Source: a virus (lineage: Duplodnaviria > Caudoviricetes). From it: DNA of 62,357 bases. Below the pieces are notes generated by a model. That model did not search any database. It was not told the origin of the DNA and was given only the letters and a program-made list of their open reading frames with translations. Made by a program: the position numbers and the translations under genes. Of this stretch, positions 54,401 to 62,357 are shown piece after piece (position 1 is the first letter of the stretch; every line of letters starts with the position of its first letter). The stretch covers positions 1 to 62,357 of IMG/VR virus record IMGVR_UViG_3300048576_000443. The stretch is one strand, 5' to 3'.

Positions 54401-56791
54401 CTTTTCAAGGAGGGCCTGGAAAGCCTGGACGAAACCGTGCGCCGCCTCGCCACGGCGTTCGGGGCGGTGCAGCCGCTCATCGGCCCGCTTGGGATCGACT
54501 TCGAGAAGATGGGCGGGGTGACAGAGGGCGTGTTGCTGGCCTTTGCCTCCATGGCCACGGGGTTCTCCTCGGGCGCCGCCATCGTCACGAACGCAATGCT
54601 CGACGGGGCGGAGTCAGCCGAAGAACTCGCGGAAAGGTTCGCCGCCGCCGGGGAATCAGGCCAGGTCGTGCTGAACTACCTTGAGCAGTACCGAAAGCAA
54701 ATCAGCAACATGATCCTCGCGTCCTATTCCGAGCAGCTTATAGACTCGGTTGGCGGCGACGATGCTTTCCAGCAGGCAATGACGGTTTTCAGCAACTATG
54801 CAATGGGCGACAAGGAACGGGCCACAGCAAGCGTAAATTACTCACGTTCGCAATTCCAGGAAGGTCTATCGAGCATAACCACGCTCCTTCCAAATTTCAA
54901 TCAAGACTGGATTGGAGACAATACAGATGCTTTTTGGGCGGCCTATGCTGCAGCCATGGGCGAGTCAATGCCCCCGTCTGTGTTTGACGAATGGGCCACC
55001 ATCGCGCAGCACGTCGCAAATCTTGAAGACTCCCTGCAGGACCTCGCGGATATCGAGTTCGCGGAGTGGGCGTGGGACGAGGAATTGAAGTACCGCCGCC
55101 AAGTTGCAGCCGAACAGACGACAGGTGCGGAGATCACGCGGTGGTCTATCAGCATGGAGCAGGAGCTTGCCGACGCCCGTAAAAACGGCGCGTCCTATGC
55201 GCAGCAGGCCGCGCTCGTGGAGACGCAGATTTACGAGATGCAGGCCAAGCTGGCGAAGCTCCAGGGGACTGATGTTGAGCCGCAGGACATGGAATCCGTG
55301 ATTGATCGTCTTGGCGACGCCGTTGCACGGCAGGTTTCCGTTCTACAGGAACTTGCATCCGAAGCGTCAGCCGCAGCAACGGCATTTGAATCCCTTGGCG
55401 AATCTCTCCGGGATGCCATTGATGGACTATCGGACGACATCAGCAACCCAATGGAAGACTTCCTGAAGCACAGGGCTTCTTTCAACAAGCAATTCTCTCT
55501 TGCCATGAAGGGCTTCGACGCCGACTCGCAAGAGGCTATGGGCGAGTTGTCCGGCATAGCCGAAGACATGCTTGAGGCTGCCAAGCAAAGCATGGGCTAC
55601 GAGGAATACCAGCTTTTGAAGGCCCGGACGGTTTCGCGGCTTGGCAAGGCCGCGACCCGGGCGGAACTCCAGGGCGAATACGGCGCCGTGGCGTCCGACC
55701 TCTACACCACGGAAAGCGGACTTCTCTCCCGCGTGCAGGAAGACCTTTCGAGCGGGACGCCGAACGCGGATTTTGTCGCCAAGGCCAACGAGCTTTTTGA
55801 AAAGCTGTCTCTGGTGTCAGACGCCGCCAAAAGCGTGGCCGAGGGGGACATGAGCGAGTCCGCCTTTTCCGCCCTGGCCCGCAAAACGGAAAGCGACCTT
55901 CTGTCCGGCGCGAACATGAAGGAACTTTTGGCCGGAACCCTTGACCTTGGGAACATCGACCAGAATCAGGCCCGGATGCTCCTTTCATCCGTGGACGCGC
56001 TTGAATCCCTGGAAAAATATACCGGCCACGATGTGGACCTTGCCGACAAGATGCGTCTCCAGCTTGAAACCATCGCGGCGGGCGTCACGGATCAGTCGCA
56101 GTGGTCAACCCTCGTGGCGCAGATCGACGCGGGCCAGGACGAATACATCTCGTGGCTCAAGACCAGCATTGAAGAGCGCCGCAAGGAAGCCGACAGGCTG
56201 TATGCGCTAAATGAAAGCGAAGTAGACTCATCGGAGCGCATGGAAGCGTATTTCAAGGCCGTTTCGCAGTATCTACTGAAGCAGACAAGCATTGAAACCA
56301 TATCGAAGCAAATATCCACACTGAACTCGCAGTCTGCTTCTTTAAGCGCCCTTGCGAACCAAGCTGCAATCCAAGCGACAATGACCGGGAACTGGTCAGC
56401 TTTCAACCAATACATGCAGCAGGTTCAGCAAATAAACAGCCAAGTCAGCGCCCTACAGCAGCAATTAAATTACTGGCTGAACTTGGTGGTCGATATCCCT
56501 GAATTTGCCACGGGCGGCATCGTCTTCGAGCGAACCCTGGCGACGATTGGCGAGGCCGGGCCAGAGGCCGTTGTTCCCCTGGAAGGGGGCGCAATCCCTG
56601 TCCATGTCTATGGCGGCGGGGGCGGGGCCAGCGACGAGCTATGCGACGAGGTCCGCGCGATGCGGAAGGAGTTGTTGGCGGTAGCGCAGGAGGTGGCAAA
56701 AAACACCAGGGCGACAGCATACCACACATACGACACCAGCCGCGCCATTGAGCGGTCCAACCTCGCAGCAGAAGCGGGCACAGGAGCATAG
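51407..56791 (+). CDS. Tail tape measure protein
   Basis: 1794 aa, Ala-rich helical; C-terminal FATGG..IGEAGPEAVVPL. Confidence 0.92.
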   Translation: MPGIRIDVNTSGAQANTKALWDELRRLGEQGKLTEREVKELGARLAGMEADMKKASTAARATGSAMDTLTTAAKYAAAAFATFKIADYIRESAVLAARYETLGVTMETVGRNAGYTAAQVNYVATALQKTGISMLESREQVAKLIQAHIDLAKATDLARLAQDAAVVAGLNSSETFSRLVYGIQSGQKETLATIGLNVDFEASYKSLANQLNKNKDQLTEHDKVQARFNATMARAPDIAGNYTNAMKTAGKAITSLPRYEQDLQLKFGQAFGPATKTLVDAYSESLLRMQEIVTRPEIQAALQNIANLLAGAIAKGMTFISDWLAQNGGRLPEMAYSAATGFAQLARDIASAVSALGKFLDQFSSIPPEVLVVLGAAAAGGLAAGPWGALGAAGLAAVTMGNMSNQRSVEEGLTRGAASAAGGTNEVRMPVNKTVLGEPQKPLDLTPSKVREAEKVADDLTKGAARFAEQASAFLDNITAGIEQLQDSLTGGTQKESLRIDKWFEQQFDAISKAVVDAKGDVSAYKEAWVDLEQAWPGLKILAVTKDTTAALRQQADILSDIAEASDNPALKEQAGAREIETWYAERVQQIKNLSLATEEESTLMGQLEQARASKMVQNTRDAYESMSAVSQKYWDAEKALIEQKLSVVKESADDELAYKIYAAQEWDDFNRRKLEAQANAPRSQGEAIHAVFALDSGSYKSQMGQLQDSWKSTADGMLALTNDLSSGIAQSLGDALRGIAQGDFESFETIFRSMLLRMADAFISFSEDMLAQALKGGLSSLFQGGGSTAGTGAASGGGGLMGLFGGLVEPAASALFQGGASAIGAGAAGAGGLFGGVSAHVGQSASGLMGAAGAAASSFSWMPVIGAAVGVGLSLLGSLFGQEEEEEPPQEAWSGRSYMYQGGVMSGIDVTTMSDGSTQYAMSDPMEMEEERKRFKSTVKDLNAAMKTLEIDFNPNWERNFSFQAFGVPDALKGILERNMKDSAAAQAMGNVSWTANLFKEGLESLDETVRRLATAFGAVQPLIGPLGIDFEKMGGVTEGVLLAFASMATGFSSGAAIVTNAMLDGAESAEELAERFAAAGESGQVVLNYLEQYRKQISNMILASYSEQLIDSVGGDDAFQQAMTVFSNYAMGDKERATASVNYSRSQFQEGLSSITTLLPNFNQDWIGDNTDAFWAAYAAAMGESMPPSVFDEWATIAQHVANLEDSLQDLADIEFAEWAWDEELKYRRQVAAEQTTGAEITRWSISMEQELADARKNGASYAQQAALVETQIYEMQAKLAKLQGTDVEPQDMESVIDRLGDAVARQVSVLQELASEASAAATAFESLGESLRDAIDGLSDDISNPMEDFLKHRASFNKQFSLAMKGFDADSQEAMGELSGIAEDMLEAAKQSMGYEEYQLLKARTVSRLGKAATRAELQGEYGAVASDLYTTESGLLSRVQEDLSSGTPNADFVAKANELFEKLSLVSDAAKSVAEGDMSESAFSALARKTESDLLSGANMKELLAGTLDLGNIDQNQARMLLSSVDALESLEKYTGHDVDLADKMRLQLETIAAGVTDQSQWSTLVAQIDAGQDEYISWLKTSIEERRKEADRLYALNESEVDSSERMEAYFKAVSQYLLKQTSIETISKQISTLNSQSASLSALANQAAIQATMTGNWSAFNQYMQQVQQINSQVSALQQQLNYWLNLVVDIPEFATGGIVFERTLATIGEAGPEAVVPLEGGAIPVHVYGGGGGASDELCDEVRAMRKELLAVAQEVAKNTRATAYHTYDTSRAIERSNLAAEAGTGA

Positions 56792-56793
56792 CA

Positions 56794-57735
56794 ATGGCCA
56801 GCGTTATCAAACCCATCGAGGTGACTGACGACGTGCTTGTCTCTGCGGAATGCACGATCCCTGAACCTGACATCTCGGGCGGCGATCCGTCCGTTTACAG
56901 CGGGAGCGCCACATACGCAAACGCCGCCAGGGTTACGGTTTTGGCGACGCATAAAATTTACGAGTCTATTGCAGACGGGAACATAGGAAACTATCCGCCT
57001 GACGACATTCTTCTTGACGATCCAAAGTGGGCAGAAGTCGGCTACACAAATAGATGGAGAGCGTTCGACCAGTACGTCAATACAGAGTCTTCAAGGCCTG
57101 AATCTTTGAAATTCACGCTTGACGCCACGCGGACGTCAAGCGTTGCGCTGTTCAACGTCAAAGGGAAGAGCGTGACCCTTCAGTTGTATGGCGCTGACGG
57201 ATCACTTGGGGCCGAAACAACCGTAAATCTTGTCCGGCGGACGACAACAAGGTGGCTGGACTATTTCTTTGGTGAGTTCGACTACTCCAGCAGCGTCGTA
57301 TGGACGTACCCGATAGGCTTTGGGACAAAACTCGTTGTCACGATCAGCGCGCCAGGGGGGACGGCATCCGTAGGAGTCATTAAGCACGGCAGAACAAAAT
57401 ACATCGGGAGGACGATGCGTGATATTTCATCTGGGATCGTTGATTTTTCAACGAAAACAGAAGACCCGACGTATGGGCGCGTATATCTAAAGCAAGGCCC
57501 GTATCACGACTTAAAAGATGTCAAGATGTACATATCCACAGAGTCATTGGAAAATATAGACAGATTCTTGAAGTCTCTCCGTGCCATTCCGTGCGTTTGG
57601 GTTTTGAACGACAAAGATGGGAATAGTGGATTAACAACCTTATACGGTTACTTCAAAGACTTTGGAGTTGTTATAGGCTCCATGAACCCATTCACATTGA
57701 GCGAATGTTCCCTGAAACTGGAAAGCCTTGTGTAA
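56794..57735 (+). CDS. Distal tail / tail-tip protein
   Basis: Directly after the tape measure gene; G.TNRWRAFD, DFSTK. Confidence 0.7.
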   Translation: MASVIKPIEVTDDVLVSAECTIPEPDISGGDPSVYSGSATYANAARVTVLATHKIYESIADGNIGNYPPDDILLDDPKWAEVGYTNRWRAFDQYVNTESSRPESLKFTLDATRTSSVALFNVKGKSVTLQLYGADGSLGAETTVNLVRRTTTRWLDYFFGEFDYSSSVVWTYPIGFGTKLVVTISAPGGTASVGVIKHGRTKYIGRTMRDISSGIVDFSTKTEDPTYGRVYLKQGPYHDLKDVKMYISTESLENIDRFLKSLRAIPCVWVLNDKDGNSGLTTLYGYFKDFGVVIGSMNPFTLSECSLKLESLV

Positions 57736-57747
57736 CCGGAGAACAAC

Positions 57748-59793
57748 ATGCCAGTCAGCCAAATCTCTGCAATCCCTACGCCGCCGTCTACGTCCAGCGT
57801 GGACGATTTCGATGCACGAGCCGACGCCTTTCTTGGGGCGTTTCCGACCTTGGCCACGCAGATCAACGCCGTCATCGCGCAGATGAACAGCTACGCCACC
57901 CTGGCGTCGGCAAGCGCCGGGGCGGGCCTCACCGCCGCCTCCACGACCTCGTTGGCAATCGTGTCCACCGGCAACATCACGCTGGCCATCGCGTCTGGAA
58001 AAGGGTTCGTGCCAGGCCTGCAGGTTGTCGTGTGGAACGTGGCGAACAGCAAGGGCATGACGGGCACCGTTGTCAGCTATTCCGGGACATCCCTTGTGGT
58101 CGCCGTCTCCGGGTCTGTCGGCGGCACGGGCACGCTTGCAAGTTGGTCGGTTTTTGCGATTCCCACGGTCCACGACCTTTCGGGGACTCTTGAAGGCGTG
58201 GAGGTTTTTTTCCCGCCATCGATCCAGTCCATCCTCGCCAGGGTGGCCTCCGAGGTGCAGACCGGGTGGTCCCGGTTCGCAACTGCCGACGAAACCAAGG
58301 CTGGGGCCTCTCCGGCCCTGGCCGTGCATCCCGCCGGGCTTGCCTCCCTGGTGCCTGACCTTCCGGCTTGTCGCCCCGCCCTGGTGCTACCGTTCGCGGA
58401 CGCACATGCGTTGCCCGCCATCGTCGCGTTTTCCCGGGCGTCAACCGGATCGGAGATAGGGCAAAACGGAATTGTCTCCACGGTAGCCGTGGACGTGCCC
58501 AGATTCGATTTCGATGTGGCCACCGGGGCCTGCAATGGCCTTGTCATCGAGGCGGCGGCCACGAATATGTGCATCTACTCCAATCTGCCCGGCGTGACCA
58601 AGCGGATCACGCTCACGGGCACGCTCACGGGGTCTTTCGTGGTGGGCGACACGGTCACGGGATCTGGCGGCGGGTCCGGCAAAGTCGCGCACGTCGCCAC
58701 GGGCTATCTGGGGCTGCGGGATGTGACCGTGGCCTTTGCCGCCACCGGGACCATCACCGGGCCAAGCGGGTCTTCTGCCTACAACGCCGTGCTGGATGTC
58801 AACGTTCTGTCGAATATCACCGTGACAAAGGATGCCGCAGCAGGGCCGGGCGGCGTGGGGTACGTGGAAAAACTGTGCGAGACGGCCATCACGGGGTCTT
58901 TTGCGTGGGTCGCTGGCACGGCGACGATCACCGCCGGTTCTGTCGTCACCGTCCAAAAGAAACTCAAGGCGGGTGAACGGAGTTCTGCGAAAATTCAGCT
59001 TACCAACGGGAGCTACACAAACGGGGCCTACGCCATTTTCAACCTCTCCAACGGCACAGTGGGGGGGGTTGCTTATCTTGGCACCGGGTCCGCCGGTGTG
59101 GCGGCCATAAAGGACGCTGGTGACGGCTTTTGGCTTTGCACGATATCTTGCATCGTGGACGCCGCATCCACAGCGGTACGGGCGTCAATCAGTATCTACA
59201 ATGGCGGCGTAGCGTCTTACGCCGGGACGGCGGGCTACGGCATCTTCATGGGGCACGTCCAGATTGAGTCCGGGCCGATTCCCACCAGCTACATCGAAAC
59301 TGGCCCGGGCCTCGTGACTCGGGCGGCGGACGTGGCGACCGTCGCGTTGTCGGCCATCGACTTCAACACCGCTGAAGGGGCCATGGTCGTCAGGGGCAGG
59401 ACGCCCGCTGGAATGCCATCCAGCAACGAATTGCTTATGCATCTCGACGACGGGACCACCAGCAACCGCATCTACATCAACCGTGGCTCCACGGGGGCCT
59501 TGTCTTTCTCCGTGGTCACGGGCGGCGCAACGGTTGTTTCCCTGGCCGGGCCGGTTGTCCCAAACGACACCGACTTCGCTTGTGCTTTCTCCTGGAAGGC
59601 GAACGACTTCAAGTTTTCGGTCAACGGAGCAGACGCCTTGACCGACACCGCCGGGGCCGTCCCGGCAGGCTTGACCACGGCGCGCATCGGAAGCCCGACC
59701 ACGGCGGCGAATATGTGGCAAGGGCCTATCGAAAGCGTCGTCTACTATCCGCGCAACCCCACGGCGGCGCAAATCAAGGCCATGAGCCTGTAA
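57748..59793 (+). CDS. Tail fibre / receptor-binding protein (C-terminal LamG-like)
   Basis: FSRAS..PRFD..GL.IE...TN; TSYIET..TRAAD; YYP. Confidence 0.78.
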   Translation: MPVSQISAIPTPPSTSSVDDFDARADAFLGAFPTLATQINAVIAQMNSYATLASASAGAGLTAASTTSLAIVSTGNITLAIASGKGFVPGLQVVVWNVANSKGMTGTVVSYSGTSLVVAVSGSVGGTGTLASWSVFAIPTVHDLSGTLEGVEVFFPPSIQSILARVASEVQTGWSRFATADETKAGASPALAVHPAGLASLVPDLPACRPALVLPFADAHALPAIVAFSRASTGSEIGQNGIVSTVAVDVPRFDFDVATGACNGLVIEAAATNMCIYSNLPGVTKRITLTGTLTGSFVVGDTVTGSGGGSGKVAHVATGYLGLRDVTVAFAATGTITGPSGSSAYNAVLDVNVLSNITVTKDAAAGPGGVGYVEKLCETAITGSFAWVAGTATITAGSVVTVQKKLKAGERSSAKIQLTNGSYTNGAYAIFNLSNGTVGGVAYLGTGSAGVAAIKDAGDGFWLCTISCIVDAASTAVRASISIYNGGVASYAGTAGYGIFMGHVQIESGPIPTSYIETGPGLVTRAADVATVALSAIDFNTAEGAMVVRGRTPAGMPSSNELLMHLDDGTTSNRIYINRGSTGALSFSVVTGGATVVSLAGPVVPNDTDFACAFSWKANDFKFSVNGADALTDTAGAVPAGLTTARIGSPTTAANMWQGPIESVVYYPRNPTAAQIKAMSL

Positions 59794-59796
59794 GGA

Positions 59797-60690
59797 GTGA
59801 CCATGTCTATCAATCTTCGCGCATGGCTCCGCCGTGAGCTTGCCGCCGCGCTTCCCCGGCAGGCATTCACCGGGGCCATCCCGGCTTCACAGGCGGAAGT
59901 CCTCGCGGGGGCGAACGCGGAAAAAATGGTGACGCCCGCGAGTGCTGCGGCCCTGCGACACGGCGGCGTCCGGCTGACGAAATCCGGAGGGAACCTTGTC
60001 CTGGTCCGCGACCTTGACGGGTGGATCTGGATCAACGGCATCATGGCCCAGATTCCGGCCGAGGGCGTGAGCCTTGCCCCCACGGGGACGGCTGGCGTTC
60101 TCCAGTACATCTACCTCCATACGCCATCCGCCCCGGCCCTTGAGGCATCCACACAGGTGCCGGTGCTGGATTCCACCGGCACGGTCATGGTCAAGACCGG
60201 CGATGCCTCGCGCACGCTGGTGGGCATGGCACAGCCCGTTACCGGCCCGGCCTGGGTGGACACCGAAAAGCAGCGGCTTGTGGCGTCGTACCACCATCGG
60301 CGCCAGCTTCCGGTGTTTACGGCAATGGCGGCCAACAAGGCTGTCGCGTCTCTCACAGACGTGGAGCTTTTTGCCGCAGGCGACCGGCTGGAGGTGTTAT
60401 CCTGGGGGGTGGACCCTATCACCCTGTACGGCGAGGCGCATCTTACGGCGATAAACGGCGCGGCCCCTTACTATATCAACATGTATGACTTGACAGTGGC
60501 CGCCCTGGTTGCGCCCGATACGATGTCCGGAACACCGGCTTACTCATTCCCGATGCACATACCGACATTCGGTGTGGAAGTTCTTTCACAGGGCTTTCAT
60601 CAGCTTACCTTGCGGGCGCGCTCATCGTCCACCACGTCATCAACTTTCAACGCCGCCTACACCAGAATGTCAGGACATATTCGGGGGTAA
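59797..60690 (+). CDS. Second tail fibre-related protein
   Basis: ASQAEVLAG..K.VTP fibre repeat; YIYL; RTLVGM. Confidence 0.65.
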   Translation: MTMSINLRAWLRRELAAALPRQAFTGAIPASQAEVLAGANAEKMVTPASAAALRHGGVRLTKSGGNLVLVRDLDGWIWINGIMAQIPAEGVSLAPTGTAGVLQYIYLHTPSAPALEASTQVPVLDSTGTVMVKTGDASRTLVGMAQPVTGPAWVDTEKQRLVASYHHRRQLPVFTAMAANKAVASLTDVELFAAGDRLEVLSWGVDPITLYGEAHLTAINGAAPYYINMYDLTVAALVAPDTMSGTPAYSFPMHIPTFGVEVLSQGFHQLTLRARSSSTTSSTFNAAYTRMSGHIRG

Positions 60691-60691
60691 T

Positions 60692-61231
60692 ATGCAGATT
60701 ATTTTTGACAAAATCAGAGAGTCAGGAAACCCCGTAAACGGGATTGTGCTTTGCGAAGACGGCACGGCGCAGTTCGCACCTGATTACGCGGGCGATCCCG
60801 GGGTGGTGCAAGAAATCATCGCCGCATCGTGGAACGCGGCCAAGCTGGCCGAGTCAGCGGCGGCCAAAGGTGCGGAGATCACGGCCCTGGCCGAGGCCTC
60901 CCTGGCCGCTTATGGGGCCGAATACGGCCCGACAGAGCGCGCGTCCTGGCCGGTACAGCTTCGCGAGGCCGAGGCCCTCCAGGCTGACCCTGGCGCGGCC
61001 ACGCCATGGCTTGATGCTGCGGCCACGGCCCGGGGCATGGACAAGGCGACGTTCGCCGCCAGGATCGTCGCCAACGCCGCTGCGTGGTCGCCCCTCCAGG
61101 GGTGGGTGAACGGACAGCGGCTCAAATTCTCGGATCAGCTTGGCGCGATCCTGGCCGGGGAGGGGACGGACACGGAAAAGGCCGAGGCGATCCAGGCCAT
61201 GCGGGTGGGGTACGAGTTGCCGGGAGCCTGA
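60692..61231 (+). CDS. Tail fibre assembly protein-like
   Basis: Y...ERASW..Q..EA......A.TP.L...A.ARG. Confidence 0.7.
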   Translation: MQIIFDKIRESGNPVNGIVLCEDGTAQFAPDYAGDPGVVQEIIAASWNAAKLAESAAAKGAEITALAEASLAAYGAEYGPTERASWPVQLREAEALQADPGAATPWLDAAATARGMDKATFAARIVANAAAWSPLQGWVNGQRLKFSDQLGAILAGEGTDTEKAEAIQAMRVGYELPGA

Positions 61232-61316
61232 TACGTTTTTTGATCCAGGGCGACGTGGGGCGATGTGGTTTTTATGGGCACAAAGTTAAGAAAAGCGGGG
61301 CGAAGGGGAGGCATCA

Positions 61317-61366
61317 CCGGCCTGTCACGTCGGAGGGCGCGAGTTCGAGTCTCGTCGGCCCCGCCA
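61317..61366 (+). other. attR core: 3' half of tRNA-Asp(GTC)
   Basis: CCGGC-CTGTCAC-GTCGG anticodon arm, GCGAG-TTCGAGT-CTCGT T arm, CGGCCCC-G-CCA; no D arm upstream. Confidence 0.85.
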
Positions 61367-61375
61367 CAAGAAAGC

Positions 61376-61409
61376 AAGGGTTTGGGACATATGTCCCAAA
61401 CCCTTTTTT
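61376..61409 (+). terminator. Intrinsic terminator downstream of the tRNA fragment
   Basis: AAGGGTTTGGGACATATGTCCCAAACCCTT-TTTT. Confidence 0.85.
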
Positions 61410-61697
61410 CGTTTCCCCCCCCGTCTGTTTCATGAAATGCTTCTAGAAGATATCAAGAAACTATCTAGAAAGTATCTAGGTATGTATCTATTGTCGCCTT
61501 TATATTCGCTATGGTATCGATCCCGCCGCCCAAATACGCCGTACTGTAGGTTCTAGTTTGCAAAATCCGCCCTTTTAGGGCGGATTTTGAGGAAACGCTT
61601 GTCTCCAGGATTCGGGTTGGGCTATGAGTGGGGCCGATACCCAGAGTCCGTATGCGGCGCCTATCGTCGACACCGCCTGCTCCAGGGAGGATGCCCG

Positions 61698-62357
61698 ATG
61701 TACGTTGGCCTCAAGATGCTCAAGGATTTCAAAAAGGTGACCCCCCAGACGCCGGTTCTGGAGGCGGACAAGCTGCTCAAAGGCAGCGATTTCTGGATGC
61801 TTTTGGTGGCGGACGACAACAAGAACCTCGTGGGCTACGTGCGCAAGGAAGACATCGCCCTGGCCCTGCCCTCCATCATGACCACCCTGGACAAGCACGA
61901 GGCCCTGTACCTCTTGTCCAAACTCACGGTGAAAAAGATCATGCGCCAGGACATCATCACCGTGCATCCGGAGATGGAGATCGAGCAGGCCGCCGAGATC
62001 ATGCACCAGAAAAACCTGGCCGGGCTGGCCGTGGTCAACGAACAGGGCAAGCTCGTGGGCTACATCAACCGATCGGTCATGCTCGACGTGCTGGTCGAGG
62101 AGATGGGGCTTAAGCAGGGCGGCTCGCGCATCGTCTTCGAGGTCGAAGACCGCACCGGCGTCCTGCACGAGGTCTCGGGCATCATCCGCGACCTGGGCGT
62201 GAGCATCATCGCCACCGGCACCTTCTACCACGCCAACCGCCGCATGGTGGTCATCCGGCTGGCCGTGGACGATCCCTGCGTGGTGGCCGGGGCCATCGAA
62301 CGCAAGGGATACCGCTTGGTGTCCGCCGCCGATTTTGAAAGCGAGTGGATGTCCTGA
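61698..62357 (+). CDS. Host CBS-pair + ACT domain protein (AcuB-like)
   Basis: Two CBS domains, then DRTGVLHEVSGII ACT motif; RBS GGAGG. Confidence 0.88.
   Translation: MYVGLKMLKDFKKVTPQTPVLEADKLLKGSDFWMLLVADDNKNLVGYVRKEDIALALPSIMTTLDKHEALYLLSKLTVKKIMRQDIITVHPEMEIEQAAEIMHQKNLAGLAVVNEQGKLVGYINRSVMLDVLVEEMGLKQGGSRIVFEVEDRTGVLHEVSGIIRDLGVSIIATGTFYHANRRMVVIRLAVDDPCVVAGAIERKGYRLVSAADFESEWMS

Larger units (their letters stand above)
1..61366. mobile_element. Temperate siphovirus-like prophage (left att lies outside the window)
   Basis: Integrase at the left end, tRNA-Asp 3' fragment at the right end, and a full set of immunity, replication, lysis, packaging, head and long non-contractile tail genes between them. 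Confidence 0.96.

Noticed and set aside
57748-61231. Diversity-generating retroelement or invertible fibre cassette
   Set aside because: No reverse transcriptase or invertase, and no TR/VR repeat pair seen
61290-61366. Intact tRNA-Asp gene
   Set aside because: 5' half (D arm) missing; interpreted as the att duplication

Overview
Almost the whole window (1 to ~61366) is an apparently complete temperate siphovirus-type prophage, integrated at the 3' half of a tRNA-Asp(GTC) gene. The duplicated att core is at 61317-61366, and one host CBS+ACT gene follows. The host is probably a Desulfovibrionaceae-type deltaproteobacterium (inferred from the SSB C-terminus and the MucR gene). Gene order: integrase/xis, a leftward early operon (DUF5131, HU, UvrD, a split SMC/Rad50-like ATPase), a long structured non-coding PL leader, immunity-region morons, cI/cro, a rightward early operon (CII-like, C5-MTase, replication, ssb, MucR), a low-GC TIGR04255 three-gene cassette, lysis (including a patatin phospholipase), a PAPS-reductase-like fusion, packaging/head genes interrupted by higBA and DUF932/DUF4942 morons, then tail genes. 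The most unusual signal is at the RNA level. Three units share a hairpin, a boxA-like GATC(A/T)TTGAAA motif and a ~25-bp closing stem. Two enclose tRNA-like RNAs in the PL leader. The third pairs across ~850 nt and could unmask the sequestered start codon of the tape-measure gene. All family assignments come from motif recognition by eye, not database searches.
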